A DNA stretch of 64,000 bases from Candidatus Collierbacteria bacterium RIFOXYD2_FULL_45_13 (GCA_001774685.1 MFAS01000001.1:159557-223556); one strand, 5' to 3'; shown: positions 9,288 through 19,576, counted from the stretch's first letter. Notes: generated by a model not told the origin, from the sequence alone. A program made the numbers and translations.

Positions 9288-9653
9288 ATGAACAGATTCA
9301 TCCCTACCATACACGCCGCCGACATACCTCTTGGATCAGAAGTCGGTGGAGTAGGCCCTTTTCAAACAGCCATCAGTGGAGGAGTACAGGCCGGACTTGG
9401 TAATTTGCTCTCTAATCTTATTACCACCATGACCGTCATCGGAGGTCTAGCCTTTGTTGTCTATTTCTCGCTTGGAGCGCTCGAATGGATTACCGCCGGT
9501 GGAGACAAAACGAAAGTCTCCGGTGCCCAAACCCAGATGACTCAGGCCGCCATCGGCTTGATCGCCATTGTCGCCTCCTACTTTATTATCGGTATCGTCG
9601 GAGCTGTACTCGGTTTTGATATTCTCAATCCGTTTGCCGCACTAAAACTCTAA
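9288..9653 (+). CDS. VirB2/TrbC-like pilin 5
   Basis: GALEWITAGGDKTKVSGAQTQMTQAAIGL; start MNRFIPTIHAA. Confidence 0.9.
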   Translation: MNRFIPTIHAADIPLGSEVGGVGPFQTAISGGVQAGLGNLLSNLITTMTVIGGLAFVVYFSLGALEWITAGGDKTKVSGAQTQMTQAAIGLIAIVASYFIIGIVGAVLGFDILNPFAALKL

Positions 9654-9659
9654 ATATTT

Positions 9660-10010
9660 ATGTCTATCACAATCATCCGCCCCGCCCACGCTGTCAACGA
9701 AATTGTTAACAGAGCCCTTTCTCCCAATGTCCCTCAAGATCCCGGTGGCGGTTTGGCTTTTTATATAGCCAGTCTCTGGCAAACAGTTGTCACCGTCGGA
9801 GGAATTGCCTTTATCATCTATCTAGTCTGGGGCGGTATCGAGTATCTCACCTCCGGTGGGGACAAGGCCAAAATTGATGACGCCCAGAAAAAAATCACCA
9901 GTTCGGTTATCGGTGTCGGTATTTTAGTTGCCTCCTACGCCATTACCTATTTCATTCAAGCTGTCTTCAAGATTAATATTCTCAAACCTGTTTTTCCCAG
10001 CGCACTATGA
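9660..10010 (+). CDS. VirB2/TrbC-like pilin 6
   Basis: GGIEYLTSGGDKAKIDDAQKKITSSVIG. Confidence 0.9.
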   Translation: MSITIIRPAHAVNEIVNRALSPNVPQDPGGGLAFYIASLWQTVVTVGGIAFIIYLVWGGIEYLTSGGDKAKIDDAQKKITSSVIGVGILVASYAITYFIQAVFKINILKPVFPSAL

Positions 10011-10366
10011 TATTCCAAAAACTTTCTCAGGTATTTGCCGCCGATATCGAGCTCCCTATTGGAGAAATGGCCACCAAAAATAACTTTTTCGGCTATACCT
10101 GTATCGGACATCTCGTCAGCAATCTCGTCGCCGCCGCTTTTATCGTTGCCGGTATCGCTTTCTTTGTCTATCTCGTCATGGGAGGCATCCAGTGGCTTAC
10201 TTCCGGCGGAGACAAGGGAAAAATTGAGTCATCCCAGAAGATGATCTCTGCCGCCCTGATCGGCCTAGCCATCGTCGCTTCTAGCTATGCAGTCTATATG
10301 ATTGTTCTCACCTTCTTCGGTATCAATCTAGACGCCCTCTGTACCGACAATCCTCTCGGTAATTGA
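10007..10366 (+). CDS. VirB2/TrbC-like pilin 7 (Cys pair)
   Basis: GGIQWLTSGGDKGKIESSQKMISAALIGL; ATGA overlap with pilin 6. Confidence 0.9.
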   Translation: MIFQKLSQVFAADIELPIGEMATKNNFFGYTCIGHLVSNLVAAAFIVAGIAFFVYLVMGGIQWLTSGGDKGKIESSQKMISAALIGLAIVASSYAVYMIVLTFFGINLDALCTDNPLGN

Positions 10367-10428
10367 CAATTAAAAAATCATATATAATAGTCAGTAATAC
10401 GCATAACAATTATTAAAAAATAAAAAAC

Positions 10429-10770
10429 ATGTCTTTAATTCCTCAAGCATTGGCAGCAGCTGGCACCATCGGAGTTCCCCAACCGACAGGTATGAAGATC
10501 ACCGATATTGGCGTCCTTATCAGCCGTGTTATTTCTCTAGCTTTCATCGTTGCCGGTATTCTCACTTTCGCTTTTCTCGTCATGGGAGGCATTGAGTGGC
10601 TTACTTCCGGAGGAGACAAGGGCAAAACCGAACAGGCCAGAAATCGTATCACCGCCGCGGTTGTCGGTCTTGCGATCGTGGCTGCTTCCTGGGCTTTAAT
10701 GAAACTAATCGCCTATTTCTTTGGCGTTGATGTCTTCGAGGGAAACATCAACATCCCCAAACCCTACTAA
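10429..10770 (+). CDS. VirB2/TrbC-like pilin 8 (candidate major pilin)
   Basis: GGIEWLTSGGDKGKTEQARNRITAAVVGL; own upstream TATAAT and A-rich leader, own terminator. Confidence 0.9.
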   Translation: MSLIPQALAAAGTIGVPQPTGMKITDIGVLISRVISLAFIVAGILTFAFLVMGGIEWLTSGGDKGKTEQARNRITAAVVGLAIVAASWALMKLIAYFFGVDVFEGNINIPKPY

Positions 10771-10797
10771 GAATTTAGTATTAGAAAAAAACAAATT

Positions 10798-10818
10798 ACC
10801 GCCGTCAGGCGGTTTTTT
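10798..10818 (+). terminator. Intrinsic terminator after pilin 8
   Basis: ACCGCC-GTCA-GGCGGT followed by T-run. Confidence 0.75.
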
Positions 10819-10879
10819 GTATCCTTTTTTAACTTGAGTTTTTGAGTTCTTGAGTTTTTTTACGATATAATTATTCTCA

Positions 10880-11236
10880 ATGACCCTTTCTTTCATTCCC
10901 CAAGCATACGCCGCCAGCAATTGGTCTGGAGAATGCGTTGGTCAAAATGTCGCTGGTGTGGACGCCACAGATGTGGCTTCTATCCAAGGAATTACCTGTT
11001 TGCTAAGAAACGTTCTTTCCCCTATACCAGCCCTCATTGCTCTTGCCGCCGTGGGCATCATTATCATGGCCGGCATTCGTCTAACTACTGCCGGATCGGA
11101 TCCCAAAGCAGTAGCTAGTGCTTGGAACATGTTCACTTGGGCCGTCATTGGTCTTATCCTGCTCTCCGCCGTGTGGCTGGCTCTTGTCCTTATCGAAAAC
11201 TTCACTGGTGCCAAGGTTACCCAATTCGGCATTTAA
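10880..11236 (+). CDS. VirB2/TrbC-like pilin 9 (Cys pair)
   Basis: AGIRLTTAGSDPKAVASAWNMFTWAVIGL; VASIQGITCLL. Confidence 0.88.
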   Translation: MTLSFIPQAYAASNWSGECVGQNVAGVDATDVASIQGITCLLRNVLSPIPALIALAAVGIIIMAGIRLTTAGSDPKAVASAWNMFTWAVIGLILLSAVWLALVLIENFTGAKVTQFGI

Positions 11237-11266
11237 CCTTTTCCCTTACCAAGTATAATTATTTCA

Positions 11267-14200
11267 GTGAAGAAACTTGTCTTATTATTGTTGTGTCTTT
11301 TTGTCTTTTATCTTTTTGGTGTCGACTCCATTTCCGCCGCCACTCCCACCCCAACCCCTACAGCCAACACCAGTCATACTCCCTCTGTTGATGCCGGTGT
11401 CGACGGCCCAAATCCCGCTCCACCAATTGGCATCCCTTGTGGAAAGACTGTTTGTTTGGAAGGTGAGGTTTGTACCAAGTTTCCTGGAGATGTTGATGAG
11501 CACTGTGTCCCGGATCCCATTCCCACCAACGCTGCCGGTGAAAAATTCAACCCTGTCCTTCCACCCCAATGTCCCGCAGGCACAGGGGTCTTCCCTCCCA
11601 ACAGTGTTTGTTGGAATGAAATCATCAACACCCAAACCTCTATCAGAGAGTACGACCACACCTGTATTTACGAACCCGTTGCCGAATACTCAGACGATCG
11701 CTGGTTAAACCGAGGCCCTCAACCTTTTAACCAGTGTGGTATCGGCGACTCCGGCCCGGGTGGCCCACCGGCACCGGGTGGCGACACCTACGAATGCGCC
11801 GTCAACATGCTTGTTTATACCGATGTCCGTGACGCGGAACTGGGTGGCTATGCGCCCAGCACCCTTGCCGAAGCTAGTTACTCGGCCGACTTCTTGGCAC
11901 AGAACTATCTCTACAATTCACTATTTGGACGACCTATGAATCTTTCCAGTAGTTACGACAAAAAGAACGCTGCTCTGAACAACGGCTATCCAACTCGGGA
12001 AGCATATCGAACTTATTGGCGTTTACTTCCGGCCGCCAACCAAGCCAATCTGCGCTCTTTTGTTATGAATTCTGCCCACGATGATCAAATGGATAATTTT
12101 AGTTTTAATTACATTGATTCCAATGGCATGAAAAAGTCCACCAGTTTCAAGAAACTTTTTGATGCTCTCAGCAAACAAGTAATCCTGTTTTGGCATTTTC
12201 CCTTTATCCGTATTGGCTGTCTCACTCAATATCCCGTCTGTCCGGAATACGCTCAGGCTATTCGGGAACTAAAACCGGTCTTTCAGGATATTAGAAATCT
12301 TGTTCGTGATCTCAATCTAGGTCCACTCGCTACGATTCCTATTGATATATACGAAGGCGCTATCTCCGCTTTTGGAGGAGATTTGGATGGACCATACGCC
12401 GCTTTTGTCCCTCTAGATTTTAATAGTATGCGCGGCTACATCCTCAAGAAAAAAGATACCAAAGAAGAATCCTATTATGAGACTTATTACGACGAACTCG
12501 TCGACGAGTACAATTCCGGCCGTTATGGCAGAAACAAACCTCTTTTAACCAATATTTCTTATGAACACCTTCCCTATCTTAGTGCCATCTACCAAGGACT
12601 TCTCTCCCCCAAGTTCGGTATGATCCCTGCTCTTCAACCCCAAGCAATCATCGATAAATGGGCTACAGAAAGTGGCATCTCGGATTATCGTGCCGGCAAC
12701 ACCCCTCTCACCATGCCGGAAGTCAGAATCGCTCAAAAGAACTTTCTTCAACGAATAGTCGACGAAGCAGTCGCAATCATTTCTGACCCACTTGGCTGGA
12801 TTGCCACCAACATTCTGGGGATTGGTACTCCGGAAGATTACAAAAAAGTTGGCTATACCGAGAACGGAACCGATAACCCCAGAGACAGGATCAGATCTGT
12901 CTACGACAATCCGAGGGGTTGCCCCTTACCCACTAGTTATCACCTCCTAGCCCCTAAAACAGTACCCATCTCCTTAGACGATCATCACCAGGTCATCACT
13001 ATTGAAGGCAAACGAGTCCAATGGGCCTACGACCCCATCTGTCAGCCACTCGAGCAACAAAAATGTGATAAAAATGGGCAGAACTGCACGACCGAATATA
13101 TCGACTGCCCCGTCAGCCCTGAAACTTATATTGAGGGTGGTATGTGCTGTACCAGACATTGGCAGGTCTCCGGTCGGGAACATGGCAAAGCACTTGATGT
13201 CTTAAACAATCCCAAACAAACCGATATTCGAGAAGTGGTCGCTGCTAATAATAGTTATTCCTTCTACAAAACAATGCTCCCGGCAGGGGCGTCCAAAATT
13301 ACCGACGCTGCTATCGACGCTTATGAAGCTTTTCACTTTGTCTCTTATAGCGACAGGGGGGGGACAGTAGAAGCCATCGGCCCAAACGACGGTGGTAGTT
13401 CATCAAAAGTATTAAACCCCGCCGAACCGGTCAACCGCATTGACAACTTCTCTCAAGATACCATACACATGTTACAAAACTGCTGGACCGTTCCCGAGAC
13501 TCTTCAAAACTCTCCTCGCTGCAAAATCGAGTTCCCTCCAGAGGCTACATCATCCAGCTCTCTTTGTGGCGGAGAAGCTTTCAAAAAAATTGACCCGAAT
13601 CCCGCCGCCCCCAGTGCCAAGGCCACTGACTTCTTTGTCTCCACCATTGAACCCACTCTCTCTGATGAAGTAATTTCGGCTTATGCCGAAGCCGAAAAAC
13701 AAACTGGCGTTCCTTGTGAAGTCCTAGCCGGTATTCACTTCGAAGAAGGTGATAATGATCCTAAAAAGGATCTCCAAAGTGGTGCCCCTTTAAACGGTCG
13801 GTCTTTAACCGAGTCTGCCGTCCAAGCCGCAGAAGAGCTCAAAGGCAAGGCCGGTGGCGATATTACATCCATGGACCAGCTCGCCATGGCCCTCTCCTAC
13901 TACAACGGTGGTGGTAATGCGAACTGTCAAGCCAGTAGTAGTTACAACTGCCCTTCCGCCACTTCTGACCAGTGTGGAATGACGGCTGCCTGTAGTACTA
14001 ATACTAGTGCTTGCACCTGCACCGGTACCGCCGAGGCCGGAAGCTGTCGCGCAGCATGTACTGCCGGCTTCCCCTATCAATTCAGTTATCCTTACTGTCC
14101 GCCCTCGAACATCGGCTACGACGACCCTTATGTCGTTAACTGGTGGCAGTCTCCTCAGCACGACGAAATGTACCTTCTTTATATGTACGACTGCACTCAG

Positions 14201-14275
14201 ACCAGACCTCAGATACATACCAGACCTGGTTCTCTTACTGTCGCCATCAATTTATTTCTTTCGGAAACAAAATAA
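11267..14275 (+). CDS. Large secreted Cys-rich protein with C-terminal lysozyme/transglycosylase-like domain
   Basis: Signal peptide; many Cys; AYAEAEKQTGVPCEVLAGIHFEE ... ALSYYNGG resembles SLT/lysozyme-like motifs. Confidence 0.8.
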   Translation: MKKLVLLLLCLFVFYLFGVDSISAATPTPTPTANTSHTPSVDAGVDGPNPAPPIGIPCGKTVCLEGEVCTKFPGDVDEHCVPDPIPTNAAGEKFNPVLPPQCPAGTGVFPPNSVCWNEIINTQTSIREYDHTCIYEPVAEYSDDRWLNRGPQPFNQCGIGDSGPGGPPAPGGDTYECAVNMLVYTDVRDAELGGYAPSTLAEASYSADFLAQNYLYNSLFGRPMNLSSSYDKKNAALNNGYPTREAYRTYWRLLPAANQANLRSFVMNSAHDDQMDNFSFNYIDSNGMKKSTSFKKLFDALSKQVILFWHFPFIRIGCLTQYPVCPEYAQAIRELKPVFQDIRNLVRDLNLGPLATIPIDIYEGAISAFGGDLDGPYAAFVPLDFNSMRGYILKKKDTKEESYYETYYDELVDEYNSGRYGRNKPLLTNISYEHLPYLSAIYQGLLSPKFGMIPALQPQAIIDKWATESGISDYRAGNTPLTMPEVRIAQKNFLQRIVDEAVAIISDPLGWIATNILGIGTPEDYKKVGYTENGTDNPRDRIRSVYDNPRGCPLPTSYHLLAPKTVPISLDDHHQVITIEGKRVQWAYDPICQPLEQQKCDKNGQNCTTEYIDCPVSPETYIEGGMCCTRHWQVSGREHGKALDVLNNPKQTDIREVVAANNSYSFYKTMLPAGASKITDAAIDAYEAFHFVSYSDRGGTVEAIGPNDGGSSSKVLNPAEPVNRIDNFSQDTIHMLQNCWTVPETLQNSPRCKIEFPPEATSSSSLCGGEAFKKIDPNPAAPSAKATDFFVSTIEPTLSDEVISAYAEAEKQTGVPCEVLAGIHFEEGDNDPKKDLQSGAPLNGRSLTESAVQAAEELKGKAGGDITSMDQLAMALSYYNGGGNANCQASSSYNCPSATSDQCGMTAACSTNTSACTCTGTAEAGSCRAACTAGFPYQFSYPYCPPSNIGYDDPYVVNWWQSPQHDEMYLLYMYDCTQTRPQIHTRPGSLTVAINLFLSETK

Positions 14276-14280
14276 ATTAT

Positions 14281-14850
14281 ATGAATAAGAAAATCCTCAT
14301 CCCCATTATCAGCGTTATCATTCTCTTTTTTGTTTTTTTACTGATCTCCATTCTTCGCTATCGCTCGGAGAGACCAAGCTTTTTGGAAACCATTCCTCTC
14401 TTCTCCCAACCTACTCCAAAAGTGACCAGAACTATAGTCCCGACCATTACCACTATACCCGGCGTACCCAACCAAACAAATCTTGAATCTATAGCCAAAG
14501 CAAAAGACAGTACCAAATCACTCGTCGAAAAAAACAAGATTTTTGACGCTCTGCCTATTAGGGAAGAAGACTTCTCCACGTCGGCAAATATCAAAACAAC
14601 CATCAATATATACAACTTACTTTATGATCCTGAGTCTGCCCTTCGAGTCGAAATCTATGGCATCAATTACAACAATCAGGATATTAACAGTAAAGACGCC
14701 CTCGCTTTTAAAGAGTCTTTCCTCAAGGCTAAACAATTTTTTAGCAAATACCAGGTAAACCTTAATAGTCTGCAAATTATTTACGGTAATCGTCAATATA
14801 TTCAAGACACGGCCACCTACTGGGTTAAAACCTTCAAACTCCTCGATTAA
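14281..14850 (+). CDS. Membrane-anchored hypothetical protein
   Basis: N-terminal TM (MNKKILIPIISVIILFFVFLLISIL), Pro/Thr linker; start reassigned. Confidence 0.8.
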   Translation: MNKKILIPIISVIILFFVFLLISILRYRSERPSFLETIPLFSQPTPKVTRTIVPTITTIPGVPNQTNLESIAKAKDSTKSLVEKNKIFDALPIREEDFSTSANIKTTINIYNLLYDPESALRVEIYGINYNNQDINSKDALAFKESFLKAKQFFSKYQVNLNSLQIIYGNRQYIQDTATYWVKTFKLLD

Positions 14851-14892
14851 TTACCCATGAGTGTTCATTTTCCTGTATAATTTTTCTTGACT

Positions 14893-16674
14893 ATGCGATC
14901 GCTTCAAAAACATCTCAGCCTTATTTTTCTATTTCTTTTCACACTGACTTCAATTGTATTTGTACCTCAAGTCCGAGCCGCCACTTCTCCCACTACGAAC
15001 ACGTTTGGGGTACCCGGAGTCAAAACTCTTCAAGATTATGTCAAGGAGTTCTGTGATAAACGCTCCGGTGACTTGATGAACCTAGAAACCTGGTACTCCG
15101 GTAAATGTGGCCCGACAGTAGACACCCTTAGTGGTGACGGCGTGGGGTTTGTCGATATCGTTATCCTCCAAGGTATGGAGTGGGTCAATGCCCTAACCTT
15201 TAACTCACCAGGAGACAGTTATATTGATAGTGTCAAACGCCAGCTAGAATTCCTCCAAGCTATCAAGGACGCCCTTACTGCTTCCACCAACCAAACAAAT
15301 CTCAATGATATTGCCTTTATGTCCATTAAGGGAAGCGGCTTATTGGATTCTGCGGGCAGGGCAGTCGCGGGACTTGCCACCACCAGACCGGCTAGTTCTA
15401 TCGACTACGTTGCCTACGTATCCTCAAATCTTAGAAAACACAAAGTAATCGGTGATACCTATGCGGCCGGTCCGGGTTATGGCTTTACCGCTCTCGCCCC
15501 CATCCTTCCTCTCTGGCGTGCTTTCAGAAACATTGCCTACCTCTTGTTTGCACTCGGCTTCGTCCTCTACGGCATTATGATTATGTTCCGGGTCAAGATC
15601 GATTCAAAAACGGCCGCCACCATCCAGCTCGCCATACCCAAACTTATAGCCACTCTTCTGATGATCACTTTTTCTTACGCTATAGTTGGTTTCTTGGTCG
15701 ATATCTCCACCATCGCCGATGCCATGGCTATTAGTATTCTCCGAGCAGGCGGAATTCTCAACTCCAGCGGTTTTGGATCAAGTATCGGCAGCGGCCTTGT
15801 CGACGTCGTCAGTGGACAAACTATTTTCGGTGCCATTGGTTCTTTCCTAATCAACACCGTTACTGCCGTGATTATTTCCCCTTTCCTTTTTTTCAACCTC
15901 CTTCTTGGAGGTCTAGCAGGTATCATCGTCGCTGTATTCGTTTCCGGCTTAAGTATGATTACCGGACTGGGAATAATTGTCAGTATTATCATCATCATTG
16001 CCATTGCCATTTCTTATTTCAAGCTAATACTCAAACTTTTCCAAGCCTTCTTTGGTGTCATCATCAATCTTATTTTTGCCCCAATCATTCTATTGGGAAA
16101 TTTACTTCCGGGTTCCACTTCTTTCGGCGACTGGCTCAGAAGTATTTATGGCAATCTGGCCGTCTTTCCCGTCGCCATCTTTTTTCTTACTATGTCTTAT
16201 GCCCTAATGTGCCAACCACTCCTCTCTCTTGCAGGATCAGGTGGGCTACTCAGCGGTGTCATTACTGCCGGCCTAGAAAACCTGATTGGTGTCAACCAAC
16301 TCTCTACTCTTAGCAACATCTGGACACCACCCCTGACAATACCGGGAGGTCAATTCACCTCAGGTGGGGCAACTACTGGCACTGCCACAGGCAGTGTCGG
16401 CAGTCTCATGTTAGGAACTATCGGTTTTGGTCTTCTCCTTATGTCCAGTAAGTACTGTGAGATGGTCGAAAAGGCCCTCAAGACGCCTCCATTCCCCTAC
16501 GGCGCCGCCATCGGCGAAGCCCTCAAGACCGGAGTCAACCTGCAAGACAAGTGGGCTCAGAGCGGTTATAAACTACCTGCCGCAAAATACACTGCCCCAA
16601 TAAGCAGTTATCTACGAACAACCCCAGGACTCGAAGTTAAACCGACGGTCGACGCTCTCACAAAAGACGTTTAG
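14893..16674 (+). CDS. VirB6/TrbL-like polytopic membrane protein
   Basis: Signal peptide, extracellular domain, then W..FRNIAY..F...G.MIMFR...IPKLI...LMITFSYAI and multiple TMs; T4SS context. Confidence 0.7.
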   Translation: MRSLQKHLSLIFLFLFTLTSIVFVPQVRAATSPTTNTFGVPGVKTLQDYVKEFCDKRSGDLMNLETWYSGKCGPTVDTLSGDGVGFVDIVILQGMEWVNALTFNSPGDSYIDSVKRQLEFLQAIKDALTASTNQTNLNDIAFMSIKGSGLLDSAGRAVAGLATTRPASSIDYVAYVSSNLRKHKVIGDTYAAGPGYGFTALAPILPLWRAFRNIAYLLFALGFVLYGIMIMFRVKIDSKTAATIQLAIPKLIATLLMITFSYAIVGFLVDISTIADAMAISILRAGGILNSSGFGSSIGSGLVDVVSGQTIFGAIGSFLINTVTAVIISPFLFFNLLLGGLAGIIVAVFVSGLSMITGLGIIVSIIIIIAIAISYFKLILKLFQAFFGVIINLIFAPIILLGNLLPGSTSFGDWLRSIYGNLAVFPVAIFFLTMSYALMCQPLLSLAGSGGLLSGVITAGLENLIGVNQLSTLSNIWTPPLTIPGGQFTSGGATTGTATGSVGSLMLGTIGFGLLLMSSKYCEMVEKALKTPPFPYGAAIGEALKTGVNLQDKWAQSGYKLPAAKYTAPISSYLRTTPGLEVKPTVDALTKDV

Positions 16675-16717
16675 ATAGAATACCGCCACCTTCCTGTTTT
16701 GTTCCTAAAAAACTATT

Positions 16718-19537
16718 TTATAGAATTAGGTCTTTTTTCGCTCTATTCCAATAAGTCTCTGGAAACACCATCTTATTATCAAGTTTTTCAGCTCTTATCG
16801 ACTTCCTGGCCAGTTCAACAATTGCTGCCGTAGCGTGTACACCACTACCCCACCATGCCGGATAATCCTTCGGTTTAAAGTCATTAGCCAATGCGACGAT
16901 CACGCTAAAACAGTTCTTCCAAAGATGGTCCACATAATTCACATATTCCCTTTTGTTCGCTAGAAGAGGTTCTGATTTTTCCGTTGACTTCCCATCCCAC
17001 AAATAAGCTTTTACTTCAGGGGTCTGCACGTCGGTCGCTAATACCTGTTCGGCTTTTTCTGCTAGCTTCTTCATATCCCAGGGCTGTTGATTTTTGAAGT
17101 CAGCAACCGAATGTGCATGTAAGAAAGATTCGCAAGCGGTCAACATTGTCATTGAGACCCATTCATCTACACTTTGCCACTGACCATTAAAGGAAAATTC
17201 TGGCGGAATCATATCCTTCTCATTTACGATTCCAGCTGCCTTCATCGAGGTCTTCCAATGCACAATACATTTTGTTTTTAAGGCTCCCAATTTATCTATA
17301 TCCGATTCTGGCTTCAGGGCTTCTTTCAAGGCTACCAAAAGATCCAAAGCTGTCTTCATTTCCTCTATTCTTGACTCCGTGTCTGTTGCAATTTGAACCT
17401 TCCCTGATTCAGTCACAGCTTGTATCAAACTCTTCCATTCTTTGTCTTTTTGCTTTTCAAGTAATTTTTGGGCCTCTGATTTAACAGAATCTTCTGCAAC
17501 CCTACCTTTAGCCCCCATCACCACTCTGGCTTTCTTTCTTTCATATACCGCGATAACTTCAGCCTTTGTCCATTTCACAACCACACCGTCGACTTCAAAA
17601 CCATGGTTTGCAATCCTTATCCATTCATCTCCATTAGTTTCAAAGGTTACGTCGATTGCTCTCTGAGCCCCAGTATACAAGTTTTCCTGTACTCTCCACT
17701 TGAGCCATTCTCCAGCTTCGAGAGCTCTATCCCCACCATTCGATAGACCGGTTGGCACCAAATGGCTTGGGAAATGTTTTGACAACCAAACTTCAATTTC
17801 ATCTTGACTCGGTTTTCTACCATAGTTTGCCATTTGAAACTGAACAAAAGCTTGTGCTGTTTTTTCCCTATCGACAGCGACATCTCTCGATTTACGTCTC
17901 TTTGTGTCACCATGAACCATCAATAGGAACGGGTCTAAACTTGTCCCCTTTGTGTCGGTGGCCATTAGACTAGACATCAACATGGCAAAAGCAACTTCTC
18001 CAACATACCTATTCAAACCCAATTTCTTATATAACTCGGCTTTCTTTTCCGCCGCCACAGCCACATATCCGTCCCAATAGTCATTATTATCAAAAAAATT
18101 CTTGAGTTTAAGCATTGCCTTGCTTATCTCTATCTGTATATTCTTTGGACCAGCTTCCCCGGGAAGCATCATCATGTTATCACCCAACCGGTTTCCATCT
18201 TTGTCATATTTACCTTCAAATGCCAGTTCCGTGTACTTTGGAACAAACAGAGAGGAGTTTAGTCTGGCAGAGGTAATGTCCTCAAGACCTTTTAGCTTAT
18301 CCCATTCAGAAACAACGTTCTTAATGCTAATAAAGTTGTCTAGACTCATTTCTTCAACAATCCTTTGTACTTCCTCATTTAATAAAGGCACCTGCTCCAT
18401 CGGAATACCCATTTTTGTAGCCAATAACCCCTGCGGACCAAAAAATGAGCCACTAATGGATCTTTCGTTCGTCATTCCCAAGTCAAAGATACTATCCAAA
18501 CAATATTGCCTGATCGCATCCGCCTGAGATGGTGTTAACTTCAATTCAAAATCAATTACTTCCTGAACTCTGGCAACATCATCTGGAGATACACCCGGTT
18601 TCCCTCCAAAATCTCTCATCCACCGCAAAGCGGCTTCCTTTTGCTGTTTAATATTACCCATAAAAAAGGCCGGATTGATTACTTGTTCCAAACGTTCACT
18701 GGCGCCTTGCAAATTAGTTTGTGTCTGTAATGCCAATTCTGGTGACTCAAGCTTTTCTTCTACCAATTTAAGTATTCCAGCAGGAGCAAGACCTTTCACC
18801 ATTTCTCTCCGTAAATTCTCAAGGGCTTGTCTTTTGCTACCCAACGAATACCCATCGATAATGACCAAAGTGTCGTCTAATTTTTTTTGCCATTTGTTCA
18901 CAGGAGCGGCTTCATCGACGGGAATTGTTGGTTCAGACTCTATATCTCCGCCTGCTGACAGTACTACATCCACCCCTAAAGGAACATCAAGTCTAAGCGT
19001 TTTCTCCATAAAATCTTTTTGTTCTGCGGAAATTGCACCGTCCTTCAAAGACTCAGCCAAATCTCTTATTTTTTCTTTTCTTTCAGCAATTCTCTTTCTG
19101 CCATCTTGAGTTGCAAAACTTAAATCTCTGTTCAGGATAAAATCTAAATCTGCTCCATCCTCTCTTAGTCTTCTGATTGCGCCTAATCTTTCTCGTACTT
19201 TGTCCTGTTTCTCCGCAGCAGTTTTCCCCAAAGTGGCAAGTCGTAGATCCTCTGCAATCTCAGCTGCTTCCCGAATACCTTCTCCAACTTCCACAGCTCG
19301 CACTGGAGTACCCACCGGCTCCGGCAAAACTACAGTTCCCTTCAAAATAGAGGCCATTTCTGCCTGAGTACCCGGATCAGTCAGACTCTCTGCAATTTCC
19401 ATCACATCTGCATTAGTATCGTCTTCTTTCCAAGATATTCTCATTTCTCCAAGATTCTTTTGTGCCAAAGGATCGCCGGCTCTAGCCTGTTCGATCAACT
19501 TTGCCTGCATCGCCACCATTTTTTCGCTATGTTCCAT
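16718..19537 (-). CDS. Large soluble hypothetical protein (939 aa)
   Basis: Long charged, helical-looking ORF; no signal peptide, TM or recognised motif. Confidence 0.85.
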   Translation of the reverse strand: MEHSEKMVAMQAKLIEQARAGDPLAQKNLGEMRISWKEDDTNADVMEIAESLTDPGTQAEMASILKGTVVLPEPVGTPVRAVEVGEGIREAAEIAEDLRLATLGKTAAEKQDKVRERLGAIRRLREDGADLDFILNRDLSFATQDGRKRIAERKEKIRDLAESLKDGAISAEQKDFMEKTLRLDVPLGVDVVLSAGGDIESEPTIPVDEAAPVNKWQKKLDDTLVIIDGYSLGSKRQALENLRREMVKGLAPAGILKLVEEKLESPELALQTQTNLQGASERLEQVINPAFFMGNIKQQKEAALRWMRDFGGKPGVSPDDVARVQEVIDFELKLTPSQADAIRQYCLDSIFDLGMTNERSISGSFFGPQGLLATKMGIPMEQVPLLNEEVQRIVEEMSLDNFISIKNVVSEWDKLKGLEDITSARLNSSLFVPKYTELAFEGKYDKDGNRLGDNMMMLPGEAGPKNIQIEISKAMLKLKNFFDNNDYWDGYVAVAAEKKAELYKKLGLNRYVGEVAFAMLMSSLMATDTKGTSLDPFLLMVHGDTKRRKSRDVAVDREKTAQAFVQFQMANYGRKPSQDEIEVWLSKHFPSHLVPTGLSNGGDRALEAGEWLKWRVQENLYTGAQRAIDVTFETNGDEWIRIANHGFEVDGVVVKWTKAEVIAVYERKKARVVMGAKGRVAEDSVKSEAQKLLEKQKDKEWKSLIQAVTESGKVQIATDTESRIEEMKTALDLLVALKEALKPESDIDKLGALKTKCIVHWKTSMKAAGIVNEKDMIPPEFSFNGQWQSVDEWVSMTMLTACESFLHAHSVADFKNQQPWDMKKLAEKAEQVLATDVQTPEVKAYLWDGKSTEKSEPLLANKREYVNYVDHLWKNCFSVIVALANDFKPKDYPAWWGSGVHATAAIVELARKSIRAEKLDNKMVFPETYWNRAKKDLIL

Positions 19538-19576
19538 TATTTTTGAAAAATATATCTAATCTCAGCCTCAATTATA

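Noticed and set aside
10136-10626. Diversity-generating retroelement TR/VR pair
   Set aside because: Mismatches are not adenine-specific, both copies are coding, and no reverse transcriptase is in the window
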